A stretch of DNA of 64,000 bases from Rebecca billardiae RCC1528 (lineage: Eukaryota; Protista; Haptophyta): assembly GCA_965240325.2 (NCBI GenBank), contig OZ251230.1:2170001-2234000 (forward strand). The letters run 5' to 3'. The position numbers and the translations under genes were made by a program. This document shows positions 1-12,155 of the stretch, piece after piece; the first letter of the stretch is position 1; every line of letters starts with the position of its first letter. The notes below the pieces were generated by a model, which was given only the letters and a program-made list of their open reading frames with translations, did not search any database and was not told where the DNA came from.

Positions 1-66
1 GCCCACAGCCCGCGCCGCGATCCCGTGTGACGCACGCGCGCGCCTGCGTGTTCCGCGCCCGTGCAG

Positions 67-1277
67 ATTGTGTACGCCAACTTTGCGATTCTATATGGCG
101 TGCTCTTGCCCTGGTACAGCTGGACGGCGCCTGCCGTGCTGCACTACACCATCTTCGCGATCATATCCGCCTTGGCCATGCTCTCGCACCTGCGCGCCAT
201 GACGACAAACCCCGGCGCGGTGCCGCTCCAGTGCCCGCTGCCCCCGCACGTGGTGCGCACGCGCCCGCGGCTGGGGTGGCGCGCACGCGCGCGCTTGCGG
301 CGGCGACTGGGCGGCGGCCTCGCTCGTCGCACAGCCCCCAACCGCCCTCCCCGCCCTCCACCGTCGCCCCTCTCACAGGACGAGAGCCGGAGTCACGTGC
401 CCATGTGCCACCGATGCGACGGCTACAAGCCGCCGCGCGCACACCACTGCTCGCAGTGCAATCGGTGCATCTTCAAGATGGACCACCACTGCCCATGGGT
501 GAACAACTGCGTCGGACACAACAACCAGAAGCACTTCATCCTCTTCCTGTGCTACACGCTCACGCTCTCGGCGTACGCGCTCACGCTGCTCGCGATGCGC
601 GCCGCCTCGTCGATGTCGCAGCTCGAGTCCGCCACGCGCACGCGCAATCGGCCAGCCGCGCTGCTCAGGCCAGCGCACGGCTCGGGAGGGGGGTCGCGCG
701 CGGCGGGCGATGACGCGGCAGCCGTCTTCATGAATTGTATGCTCTTCTTCGAGGTGCGCGCGCGCGCGCGCGCGCGCGCGCGCGCGCGCGCCGAGCCCAG
801 CCGCGCTGAGGACGGCGCGAGCGCCGCGCCGCGCCGCGCGCGTCGTGCGCGCAGGCCATCCTGTTTGGCCTCTTCACGGCGGCCATGCTCACCGACCAGC
901 TCACGTCGATCCTCAACGACACGACGGCGATCGAGCGCCTGAAGAAGGAGGACCGCGACCGCGTGCCGCACGCCTCGTGCCTGTACGCCCTCTCGGAGAC
1001 CTTCGGCCGGCCGTGCTCGCTGCTCTGGCTGGTGCCCACGTCCGTCAAGTTCAACGGCCTCACGTACGAGCAGCTGAGCGCGCCGGAGATGGGCGCGGGC
1101 TACTACGAGTTCCTCAGCGACGCCGGGCACGTCGCGCCCATGGGGCACGACTCGGATGGAGGCAGGAGCGACGACTACTCGTGCGCCGATGAGCGAGACG
1201 CGGAGCTCCTGCACGTCACAGATGCGCTCTCGCCCCGACATGCTGCGCAGTTCGCAGCAAACGACGTGATGTCCTGA
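67..1277 (+). CDS. DHHC (zDHHC) protein S-palmitoyltransferase, 5'-partial; exons ~67-252, 379-753, 855-1277
   Basis: [50 protein letters not shown] motif, TM segments, TTxE motif (DTTAIE); GT..AG introns 253-378 and 754-854 give a continuous frame; acceptor CAG at 64-66 implies upstream exon(s). Confidence 0.93.
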
Positions 1278-1798
1278 CAGATGCCGTGCCGCGTGGTCAC
1301 GCACGCCTTGACGGCCAGATCCGCCGCGCACAGCGCCTCACCCAGCGGCAGACGCGAGCCCGGCCGAGCATTGGCAACGTGCGTTCTGGCCTGACTCGGA
1401 CAAGGCCCGCACCGCTCGTCCCCGAGCGAACCGAGCGGCATCGTTACTTGTCACGCACTCGACTGCGCTGGCGTTCCAACGGAAACCGGAGTCGGCCCGA
1501 GGCCGGACCCGCCGCACCGGCACGGACAGACGGTCCGGATCCGGTCCCGGAGTCCGTCGTCAAGCGCACGACTATGGTCGCGAGGACGTACGTTTGGCTC
1601 AGCAGGACGACGGTCGCCTCATACGGCGATATACAGATCAGATGCCGTAATACGCTTACACACGATGACGCGCGCGCTAGCATACCATCCACGGATTGCG
1701 GCCGCTCTCTCCTGTCTCCACTCTCCACGGACCACGCGGACGTCACCGGGGGCAGAGAGTCTGCCAATGGACGAAGGATACGTACTGTACGGTCCGCG

Positions 1799-2761
<963 letters not shown>

Positions 2762-2763
2762 TC

Positions 2764-3528
2764 ATGCGTGTTTTCGGCCTGTTCCGACAGCAAGAGCCTC
2801 AGGCGTCGGCCGAACGTGGCTCGCTCGATCCATCAGCCTTGCGGATCGCGATCCCTTCCGCGCACTTTGCAAAGCCTCTGAGCGGCGAGAAACCCTTTGC
2901 GGTGTTCGATCTCCTGCTGCGTTACGGCGAGCGCGAGTGGTCGGTGCACCACCGCTTCTCTGAGTTCAAGGTGCTCGCTGACGTCATCGGTGAGCGCTAC
3001 TCGGCGTCGAAGCGGAACCTCCCGCCGCTGCCCGGGCAGAACTTGCTGATGCACTCCATGAGCCGTGAGCTGGTGGAGCAGCGACGAGGAGCGCTGGCAG
3101 AGTACCTGACCAAGCTGGTCCGCGTGGTGCCCCTCTCTGACGACTGCCTCAGCGCCTTCCTCGGCCTCGAGACATTGCACACAGCCGATGACAGTGCACT
3201 CACGAGTACTCCGTGTGTGCCCGCTCCCGCTGTGTCTGAGCGCACGCCGGGCGAGCCCGAGCAGCCTAACGACAGCGTGCGCGCCTCCAAGCCTGACGAC
3301 GGCCGCGCGGAGGGCAGCAGCGACGCGGTGGCTGACCACGCCCAGCTGCGCGCCCAGCCACACGCCGAGCATCACGCTGCCACTCTCGTCGCGTCGTCAC
3401 CGCGACGACCGCGCATGTCCGAGCCTGCTGCGCTGTTGCGCACCAGCGAGGTGCGAGCAGAGCAGCCAGAGCCGCTTCCCTTCTCGTGGGAGCTGCTCTG
3501 GGAGGGGGCGATCGGCGGTGCTGCTTAG
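2764..3528 (+). CDS. PX (phox homology) domain protein
   Basis: WSVHHRFSEFKVL...LPPLPG...VEQRRGALAEYL...FL PX signature; ATG 2764 preferred because the longer ORF starts very close to the divergent ARL1 gene. Confidence 0.82.
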   Translation: MRVFGLFRQQEPQASAERGSLDPSALRIAIPSAHFAKPLSGEKPFAVFDLLLRYGEREWSVHHRFSEFKVLADVIGERYSASKRNLPPLPGQNLLMHSMSRELVEQRRGALAEYLTKLVRVVPLSDDCLSAFLGLETLHTADDSALTSTPCVPAPAVSERTPGEPEQPNDSVRASKPDDGRAEGSSDAVADHAQLRAQPHAEHHAATLVASSPRRPRMSEPAALLRTSEVRAEQPEPLPFSWELLWEGAIGGAA

Positions 3529-3840
3529 GCTACGCAGTCTTTTGGGTGGCCTGCTGCTGCGCCCCGCATCGGCGACCTGCCCTCTGCCAATGCCAGCAAG
3601 CGGGTGCCCACGCCCGATTCGAGACTCGACGACGACCGCCAGTACGGACTAGTTACGGAGTACTGTCCGACTACTGGCTCCGGCTTCGGTCCCCCCCCCC
3701 AGTCCGGGTCACTGGAGCGTTACATCTTGACACTGCAATCGGCGGGATATCGCCGCCTCTGACTACTGTAGGCGTCCGACGGCCGCGGCCCGCGCCCGGG
3801 CCCGGGGCTCGACGAGTGTGAATGACAGTGAAACTGTCAG

Positions 3841-5793
3841 TAGGTGGGTCCCTCCCAACTGGGGCGATATTCTGGCGCACTCAGAATGGCGTCCTAGATT
3901 TCGTCTCTCACCCAGAATCGACGCTATAAATGCGTCCCATCGGGGCGGAGCAAAAGTTTCGACCTCAAATCCTACTCCGCGTGCCGTCGCGCGGCCGAGC
4001 GCGCGCGCGCCGCGCCACTAGTGTCACATAGAGATTTTGCGAAGCGTTACTTGATGGTTATGGTGGCTAGATGGCGACATGCGATCGGAATGACTTATTG
4101 GCAACCGTTGACACCCGACCGAACCATTTTATGAAGCAAAGAGTGGGGCTCTATGCTGTGCGCGGATACCTCCAACAAACTACAGCAAGATCGAGCAGAT
4201 TACCCACTTTGTATATAGCCAATTACCCGTATATATAACGACGGTTACCCACTTTATATTGACCATGGATGTGGCTCACTATATATTCAAATTCGTTCCG
4301 ATATGTGGGTACGTTTGTTGGGTCATCGAATAGGCGCCGAGCGACGCGGACACAGGCAAACCGGGCCGCAACGGGACTGCCTGCGAGTGGCAGTGTTTGT
4401 GGCGGGCTGCGTGCCGAGGCACGCATCATCGCCCGCCACCGAGCATGTCACCGTCGTCACACGGGAGCCCTCCGCCGTCGAGGCTGGACTATCAGCCAAC
4501 GCCACCGCCGGAGCTTGCCGCGCTCGGCGGCTTCCGTGCTCGTACTCAGCGTGTCACCGGTCGTCGTATGCCCACCCGCGTGAGGCCGCCACCAGTCCAC
4601 GACTACCGCAGCTGCAGCCCATGCCGTGGACGATACCTCCTACAATCTTCTTGCCAGGCAGCAATACGATAGGTTCACCGACGCTGCTGCTAGGCTGAGA
4701 GCACTCAGCCAGTTGGCCGGCGAGACGTCAGATGGTTGAGCTGCTGGCCTAGCCATCACGTTGCGGCTTCCGCTCGCTCAAGTACACCCAACGTGACGAC
4801 GAGAACGTGCCGGGCAATCATCAGACATGCGTCTGAGGGGTCTACCACGCCTAGCCGTAGATTTGCTGAGTACGAGTCTTCGCAGATAACAAGCGGAACG
4901 AGTGGGACCACCCGATGGCAGGAGCAACAGCGTGGGGTGGCACCCGCGCCTGTCAACGCGACCGAGTTCTGTCAAGAATGGACCCATATCCTGCGACCAC
5001 GCTCGAGCACCGCATATTATGCCCACACTCGGCATAGGGAAGGATCGCTGAGCGCCTGCTGCCGCTGTCAAAGGCCCTGCTGATCTTCCTGGCGCTTGAT
5101 CGTGCACACGGATGGCAAGTCAGCGTGCTCGATGCACATCGCGGCGGCTTCTTAGCATCCCAAGTCCTCAGTGCACCCATCCCAGGCCTGCTGGTCGATT
5201 ATTGGTACCAACCCCCACCAAACACGCCCTCTCGGAAGTCGCCAATCGCTCACATGGCTCCCCGAGAGCCCGGGGCTGGCTGTCGTGCGTTCTCACGAGC
5301 AGCTTGCGCGCAGCCCAATTGTCACCTTCACGGTGCGTAGAGCTGCTCAAGATGGCGGGAGCGTCAAGAGTATGCACATGCCTGATGGTGACCCATGCCT
5401 CCCGTCGCCTGACCCGCTTGTAGCGAAAAGTGACCCTGCTCGAAGGCACGGGTCGAACACCTGCCGATCGATTCAAGTTGTCTGTACGCGTCTAGCCGGG
5501 CGAGAGTCAAACATGCCGGCCCGTGCCAGGCGGGGGATGTGTGACCACGGATCCCATCCGTGAGCACGCGCAAAGCGCTGGAGCGCGCGATAGGTGTTGG
5601 CAGTAGTCTACCCGACACACGGCGGCTCGGTCGCGCTGGAGAGGCGCTCCGACATCGTCGGGAGCGTTCAGATCGGGACCCCGGCCGGCGGCCCGGCGAT
5701 TTTCCCGAGCCGCGCTCCGCGCGAAAAGAAATCCGGCCATAAAACCCGGTAAATGTTTAAAAGACCGCTGGAAAATCGCCAGGGACCCACCTA
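3841..5793 (+). mobile_element. Decayed hAT-family DNA transposon (~1.95 kb) with terminal inverted repeats
   Basis: 13-bp perfect TIR TAGGTGGGTCCCT (3841-3853 / 5781-5793); frameshifted transposase remnants in order on +: GWT (~4480), TRW (~4910), DYW..LSEVA..RAFS dimerization-domain-like (~5190-5300). Confidence 0.68.
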
Positions 5794-5890
5794 ATTACTG
5801 TGAATGCTGCCATCAGCCTGATTAGTGATTAGTGATTGATATCGGACTGAGTACAGTCTACAGAGTCGTGCTGCACCGGCGCCAGGTCGG

Positions 5891-7409
5891 CTAGCGCGTA
5901 TTGCGCGTGGTCCATTTGCAGCCCTTGCGACTCGGTGTCTTGAAATCGTACATGTGCAACCACAGATTCGTCCCGTACTTGACTCCGGAGATAGGCGGCA
6001 GCGCCTCATGGTGTGTGTTGGGCTCATCAACGGTGAGGTTGGCGTCGATCACCGACGGCCAGAGCACGGCGCTGCCTTTCTTGGGCTGCACCGTCAAGTC
6101 CAAGTCGGTGAAGCGCGTACCGCCCCCTTCCTCGACGTCGTTGATGTACATGAAGAACGTGAGCAGCCTCACGCCCTGCGGTGTCCACGGCGCGCAATTC
6201 TGGTCGTGATGGACCTTGTAGAACTCGCCCGGCATGTACCTGCGGCTCCAGGGGCGGCACGCGCACGAGAGGCGCCGGCGGAGGGGCTGAGTGCGCCGCG
6301 CGCGCGCCGCGGGCACGCTCGCGCTCGCGCGCCGGGTGCAGGCGCATGCGCACCTGACCACCTGCGCGTACTCCGCGTTCTGCTCGGGCACGCCCGTCAC
6401 CTCCACGATGCGCTGCGTGAGCGCCTGCACGCGCGGGTCCTGCGTGCACGCGTCCGTGGAGCACCAGCACTGGTTGGATGTGCGCACGGGCGAGAGGCGG
6501 TCGCCTGCGAGCGAGCGAACGAACGACGCGTTGCAGTGCTCGAGCAGGGCCGCCCCCTCCTCCTCCTGCAGGAAGTTCTCGAAGTGCAGGATCCACGGCT
6601 GCCTGGAGAGCACAGACGGCGAGTACTGCGGGAACTCGGCGAGCGCGCGCTCGAAGAGGGCGTTCAGCCCGCCTGGCTCGGCGTCGATGGCGCAGCTCGA
6701 CTCGATGCGATCGCACGCGACCTTGAGCTCCTGCGCGGCGATGGCCCGGGGGCGAAGAGATGGTCACTGCGCGGCGAAGGGCGCATGCTGGTACCGCGCA
6801 CAGCGAGTCGCCCTCCGCAAAGAGAGGAGTCAGCGTGCGCATGGCCCCGGGCGCACACACCTCACACGTGTTGCACGAGACGGCGCACGAGGTCCGCATG
6901 AACTGCGGATTATTTTCGCACTCGCCTGCTTGCGCCCACGACCTGCAGCTTGCGTCGGAGTCGACGCACTCCTCGTCCTCGCCATCGGCGCCGCCGCTCG
7001 CCGTCGCACTCGCTGCAGCACTGTCCTCGCGCGCCTTGATCGTGGCACACGTCTTGCAGCTGCGCGCACACGAGACGGACATGTACTCTGGGTTTGATTC
7101 GCACTCACCCTGGGCCGCCCAGCTGGCGCACTCACCGGACGAGTCGAAGCACGTGGGGTCGACATCGTCCGGCTCGTCAGCCCCGGGGCCGGGCATGCGC
7201 GTCAGCTCCGTGGCGGAGAGAGCCTCGGCGGCTGCATCACTGTCGGCCGAGAAGATGCGGTCCATCAGCGCATCGCCAAGAAGGTGGTGAGCAACCGCAG
7301 CGGCGGCCAGACCCACAGTCAGCGCCGTCAGCCATCCCGCTCCGGGCCCCGCACCAGCGGGGGCATCGCTTGCTCCGCGCTTCCGAGAGCCAGCCGTTGC
7401 AGCCGCCAT
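5891..7409 (-). CDS. Prolyl 4-hydroxylase (2OG-Fe(II) dioxygenase) with two ShKT domains and N-terminal membrane anchor; exons 7409-6861, 6730-6354, 6239-5891
   Basis: Two C.D....C..WA..GECE.NP.(Y/F)M...CA.SC..C ShKT repeats; HHD, YINDVEEGGGTRF, HEALP...GVKYGTNLW P4H motifs; GT-AG introns 6860-6731 and 6353-6240. Confidence 0.93.
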
Positions 7410-8462
7410 CGTTTGTGGAGGGGCAAGACGCCGCGTGGCCTGGTGCTGAGAAAACGGTGCTGAACAACTTCAAACTTGCCGCTACCCCCATGGCCTGTTT
7501 TATAATATTTCTACCAGATTCCATTTCCTATGTCACGGCGACAAACCCCTGCCCGCCAGTGGGAATCGGTGTCACGCCCCGTTGGGTGTACCTCTCACGG
7601 CCGATGGCGGCCCCCACGTGCGCAAGGAACGCGATTCCTGCACTCCTCGGTGACCGGTGAGTGCAGGAATCCAGTTGCGGCGCTCGTCCGCCTCGTCGTC
7701 GTCGCACACGAGGTACACCCAACACCATGGGTCGGATCCTAGAACTCTCCGCGCGCTCGCGCCCGCGCGGCGAGCGCTTGCAGGCTTGTTCTCATCATCT
7801 TGGCCAAGACTGCAGCCTGCCAGATGCGCCAGGAGACGTGTGCACGCCTTTCCGCGCGTCATGGGTGCGCGTGGCACGCACCTTGTCATAATATACGCCG
7901 AGGAGGCCTGAGCATCCGGCCTACCAACCTTCCGCGCTCACGTTCAAATGCAGGCGGCAAGCTGCATGCAAGCGCACGCCGAACGGAAGCATCTCAAGCT
8001 CGACAAGGTAGAGGCGGCGGAGCGTTTAGAGCTAGTGGCGATTGCAGTCCATCTGGCTGTGAACTGGTCGCTAACTGACGCGGGTGCGATGCAGCCAAGG
8101 CAGAGTGCTTGCAGCTTGCAGAGGGCCTGCAGCTGCGGCGGTTTGCCGCCGCTCGCCGGCTGCATCGTACACACTGCCGTGCACCGCAAGTGACCGCTGT
8201 GTCAAGGCGAAGCACCACGGCAAGGCGAAGCAGCATGTCTGACAACATCCTTCGCCACAGCGCAGCGCCTCAACACGAGAATGCGCGAACGACGTGCCAT
8301 CACTACTCCGGACTAGCTCCGGCGCCCGCACCAGCGGGCAAGCCGCCATCTTACCGCGTTTTGGCGAATGTCGCCTTTGGGCTCTCGTAGAAATAAAACA
8401 GGCCCCATACAGTTTGTAACAAACTGTAACCTATCAGACAGTGTCTAGTGTGGCTATTGCTG

Positions 8463-8509
8463 TACAGTTTACTAAGAATAAGAGACGCACACAGCTCAGG
8501 CAGGCGAGA
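8463..8509 (+). repeat. Copy of a short dispersed repeat (TACAGTTTACTAAGAATAAGAGACGCACACAGCTCA..CAGGCAGGCGAGA)
   Basis: 36 bp identical to 47588-47623; variants at ~8598-8644 and 63103-63132. Confidence 0.8.
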
Positions 8510-8908
8510 TTACAGTTTACTATGTTTTAACGTGCACACTTGGTCAAGGCGTGATACTCACGGTGGACACGCCTTAAAAGCTATACTATTGATAACAGAA
8601 TAAGAGCGGTACGCACAGTCGCACACCGCTCAGCCAGGCGAGATTGACGAATCGCTCCGTCATGACATGACGATCCTGCTGATCGAGCGGTTCACGATGC
8701 CGCAGTCTGTCTTTGACTGTGACCGTACGTGCGGCCACGCGTGTCGGCTGGCCGGCGATCCGGCAACCGCGTCCGGTGCTGTGAGCCGACTCGTCCAGCG
8801 AACTCTGCAGCTGGCCAGGATCTCTGGACGCACTTGTCACCAATCCCCTGCGCTGAGCACAGCTGATACCAGTGTTGGCCGGATGCTTCGGTCTGAAGCA
8901 CCCCCTCG

Positions 8909-9298
8909 TCACTTGACATAGCTGTACACCGGAACCTTGCCCGTTCCATCAACGTCCACCAGGTCCGCGCGCAGGAAGGCATGTCGGTGGTGGAAGTGGC
9001 AGCACTGATTGTATGGATACTGCGAGAAGTAGTGTGTCTCTCCCTCGATAGTCGTCCCCCCAAATAGATCGTTCTCCTTCACGTACTCCGCTGTCTCCTC
9101 CGGCATGCACGACATATGGCACTGCGGCCCCGCAGGGCTTTCGACGTCGGTGAACCACTTCAGTACGACGTTATCGCTGGGGCATTTGGGGAAGCCATAG
9201 CTATACTGTGTGCACTGCTCGTTCGGGTGAAAGAAGAGATACCAGCGAAGCCCTTTCTCGGGGACGTCACCGTCGCCCCAGGGCACGTCATTACCCAT
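8909..9298 (-). CDS. Hypothetical Cys/His/aromatic-rich protein (~129 aa from ATG 9298)
   Basis: Non-low-complexity ORF with globular-looking composition; longer ORF begins at GTG directly after an acceptor-like AACAG; no family recognised. Confidence 0.6.
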   Translation of the reverse strand: MGNDVPWGDGDVPEKGLRWYLFFHPNEQCTQYSYGFPKCPSDNVVLKWFTDVESPAGPQCHMSCMPEETAEYVKENDLFGGTTIEGETHYFSQYPYNQCCHFHHRHAFLRADLVDVDGTGKVPVYSYVK

Positions 9299-9566
9299 CG
9301 TGCGCTCCTGCTCGCGCGCCGGCCACCCGCCGAGGCGCCTTGCCGCGCCAAGGCCACGAAGAATGTTGAGCGCTCTGGAGCTCAGCACTGTTGGGTAGAC
9401 AGGTGCGCAGTGATTTGTGTGGGCGCAGGCCTGCCCACCTGCCGGTTCGTCGGCTCCACATGGACGAATTGTCGACGAGGGAGATCAGCAGAAATGAGAA
9501 ATCCACAGGCAAATCCGGCGATGACGAGATCCAGGATCTCGCGCCCAGGCCGCTCGCGGCATCGCG

Positions 9567-10214
9567 ATGCGGCGATGCGCTGCCCTCGGTGTCGCCGCTG
9601 GCGGTGCTGTGGCCTCTGCGGCATGGAGCTCCGAGCGCCTGTGGGGTCCTCGGCACAGCGCTGCGGTCTGTGAGCCCTCCCCCAATGTGCAGGCTCGAGC
9701 TGAGCGAGCGCCATCGTACGAGCAAGCTCTCGACGCGCGCCAGGAGCTGACGCGGCTGACGCACTACGGGAAAGTTCACAATGCTCGGGCGGAGTTCCAG
9801 GAGGCGCAGCACTCGCTCATACACGCGCGACGAGGTGCGCGTGAGTTTGAGGAATTTGACGTGTGGCGGGACACGAGCACGCCGCGTACCCTCGCACTGG
9901 TGCGATTTGGTGACACTCTGTGCGGGCATCGTGGGATTGTGCATGGCGGTGCCACAGCTGCTGTTGTCGACGAGCTCTTCGGGTGGACGGCACATCGGTG
10001 TGCCCCGGGGGAGCCCACGCGTATATTCACGGCGACCCTGACGGTTGACTACAAGGCGCCCATCCCCGCCGGCACGACCGTGCTCATCACCACCTCGCTC
10101 GATCGTGTGGATGGCAGGAAGCTCCATATGGCATGCCGGGTGGAGTCACCAGAGGGCGATGTACTGTACGCCGAGGGGCGCTCCTTGTTTATCGTCGCAC
10201 GCGAGCAGTCGTAA
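9567..10214 (+). CDS. Hotdog-fold acyl-CoA thioesterase (PaaI/THEM4-like)
   Basis: CGHRGIVHGGATAAVVDE motif, FTATLTVDYKAP, DRVDGRK..M, YAEGRSLFI. Confidence 0.92.
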   Translation: MRRCAALGVAAGGAVASAAWSSERLWGPRHSAAVCEPSPNVQARAERAPSYEQALDARQELTRLTHYGKVHNARAEFQEAQHSLIHARRGAREFEEFDVWRDTSTPRTLALVRFGDTLCGHRGIVHGGATAAVVDELFGWTAHRCAPGEPTRIFTATLTVDYKAPIPAGTTVLITTSLDRVDGRKLHMACRVESPEGDVLYAEGRSLFIVAREQS

Positions 10215-11373
10215 GATGCACCGCCGAGCCTGGCCATGAGCAGCCTCCGGCTCGCTGCTGGCCATGGTCCGCGGGGCTGGGTGCCTGCCACCCGGCTGCT
10301 CGGCATCACGGCCTCGAGCCGAGGCGACGCCCAGGGCACCTCGGGCGCCCTCGGGCTCAGTTTGCAGGGCGTCGGCGACAAGTCACGACGTCACGGGGGC
10401 ATGGCTGCTGCCTCTGCGGTGGCCTTAGCATGTTAGGGCACGACGCCACGGAACCTTTGCGCATTTGAAGCGGCCATCCCCTTCGGACGAGGTCGATGTC
10501 GCACTACAGGCGCCGAGTCACGCGCGGACCATGCCGCATGCGCTCGCCGGACCGCCCCGGCCGGGGACCGGATAGTCTGTCCGGACTGCGAACTGCGGCA
10601 GGCAACACTGTCACACTACAGTGAGACACCGCCGAAAGTCGACGGCGCGCGGCGCTGCCGGTGGCCGGTGCGGCCACTACTCATCACTAGCCGCACGGCG
10701 GACTCGGCTTCCGATTCGACGAACTGGCTATTCTCTGCTAATTGAAATTCTATATACTATTCTAGTCCGCGCCATCACATCACAGAGGCTGCTGCCGCGC
10801 GCCGCGGACGATGATATGCCATATATATGACTCAGTCTCATGAGGCAGCCCGCGCCGGTCGACGCGGACCGCGCCGCGGGCCAGGCCGGCGGCCCGGCCG
10901 ACAGTCACGACGTGATCGAACGACGATACTATAATAATATTACGTACTATATTATTATTATTACTGACTAAATTCACGCGCGGTAAATACAAGGCGGTGA
11001 TCATTGATGACGATGATTCCAGTGACGTGACGACGGACCGACGACGGCGACTGGTCATCCGATGTTACTCGCGCCGCTAGCCCGCTGACGCCCGCCCGCC
11101 GCGCGCTCCGGAGTCCAGGTGCGCGCGGACGGCCCGCCGACCTGACGCCAGCTGACGCTGTCGGCCCGTCGGTCCGGAGCTGAGGGAGCCTGCGCTCTTG
11201 AGTCCGCGGGACTCTGCCGCAGCACGGACCGAGTGCCACACATACTGTATCGTCAGTCTGAGATCACTGATGACAGTGTAGTTCGTGTTAAACTGTAGTA
11301 TTCTGTGAGCGTCACACTCATGCAGCAGCGCATTGATACACCGACCGCCAGGCCGGGCTCCGTGGTGGGACTA

Positions 11374-11919
11374 CAGGCAATCGCGGGCAATAAGGAGCTG
11401 TCACGTTAAGAAACTGGGGCTTGCCATCTGCGGATCTGGCCTAGAAACTGAGACTGCTAGCGATTGGCTGGTTCGCTATACTACGCATAGTCAGACTAAG
11501 AAACCGGAACTACGTCGTCGCGGCTGACGAGTGCCGTCCGCCCGGAGGCGCAGTCGGCCCGTGGGACGCGACGCGCGGCCCGACTACGAGTACAGGCCAA
11601 GTCCCGACTTCTCCTGATGACTGACTCCTGGCCAGTGCTCCGCGCAGCATCCATGCAGCAACATCATGCCAGATTTGCTCCAGCAAAATCGGATGATGGC
11701 CCAAATTTTTCTTCGGCCTCGCCGGCCGGGCCTTAGGCTTAGAAACTCTAAATAAAGCCACTCAGCCGGGGGGGCTCTGCCCCCCTGCGCCCCCCGCGCC
11801 TGCGCGGCGGGCGGACCTAGCTAAGAAACTGAGACTCCGTAGGCGCTCGAGCTACCGAACGGCTAAGAAACCGAGACTAGCCGTGAGATCTCTGACTTCT
11901 TATTGCCCGCGATTGCCTG
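11374..11919. mobile_element. Tc1/mariner-type MITE (546 bp) with 21-bp perfect TIR and TA target duplication
   Basis: TA|CAGGCAATCGCGGGCAATAAG at 11372-11394 is the exact reverse complement of 11899-11921; internal subterminal repeats AAGAAAC(T/C)GAGAC. Confidence 0.8.
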
Positions 11920-12155
11920 TACGTCGCGAGCAGCTTCCCGCCGCTGTGTCGCAGGCCTGCAGGTCCGGAGGCTCGACGGCGAGCAGGTGCGACGACGAGG
12001 CTCGCACCTCGAGCCGCGCAAACGGCCCACGCGCTGTGGTCTGTGCACATCCTTCCCGTCTGCCGGTCAGCCACGGCCGCCGTGCAGAGTCTGCGCGGCG
12101 TCCCTGGACCTGCGCGGCGTGCGACCGGAAGTGGGCGGGTCGGTGCAGACGGCGC

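Noticed and set aside
7500-8390. Short ORFs upstream of P4H
   Set aside because: No motifs or consistent frame; probably decayed repeat or pseudogene sequence
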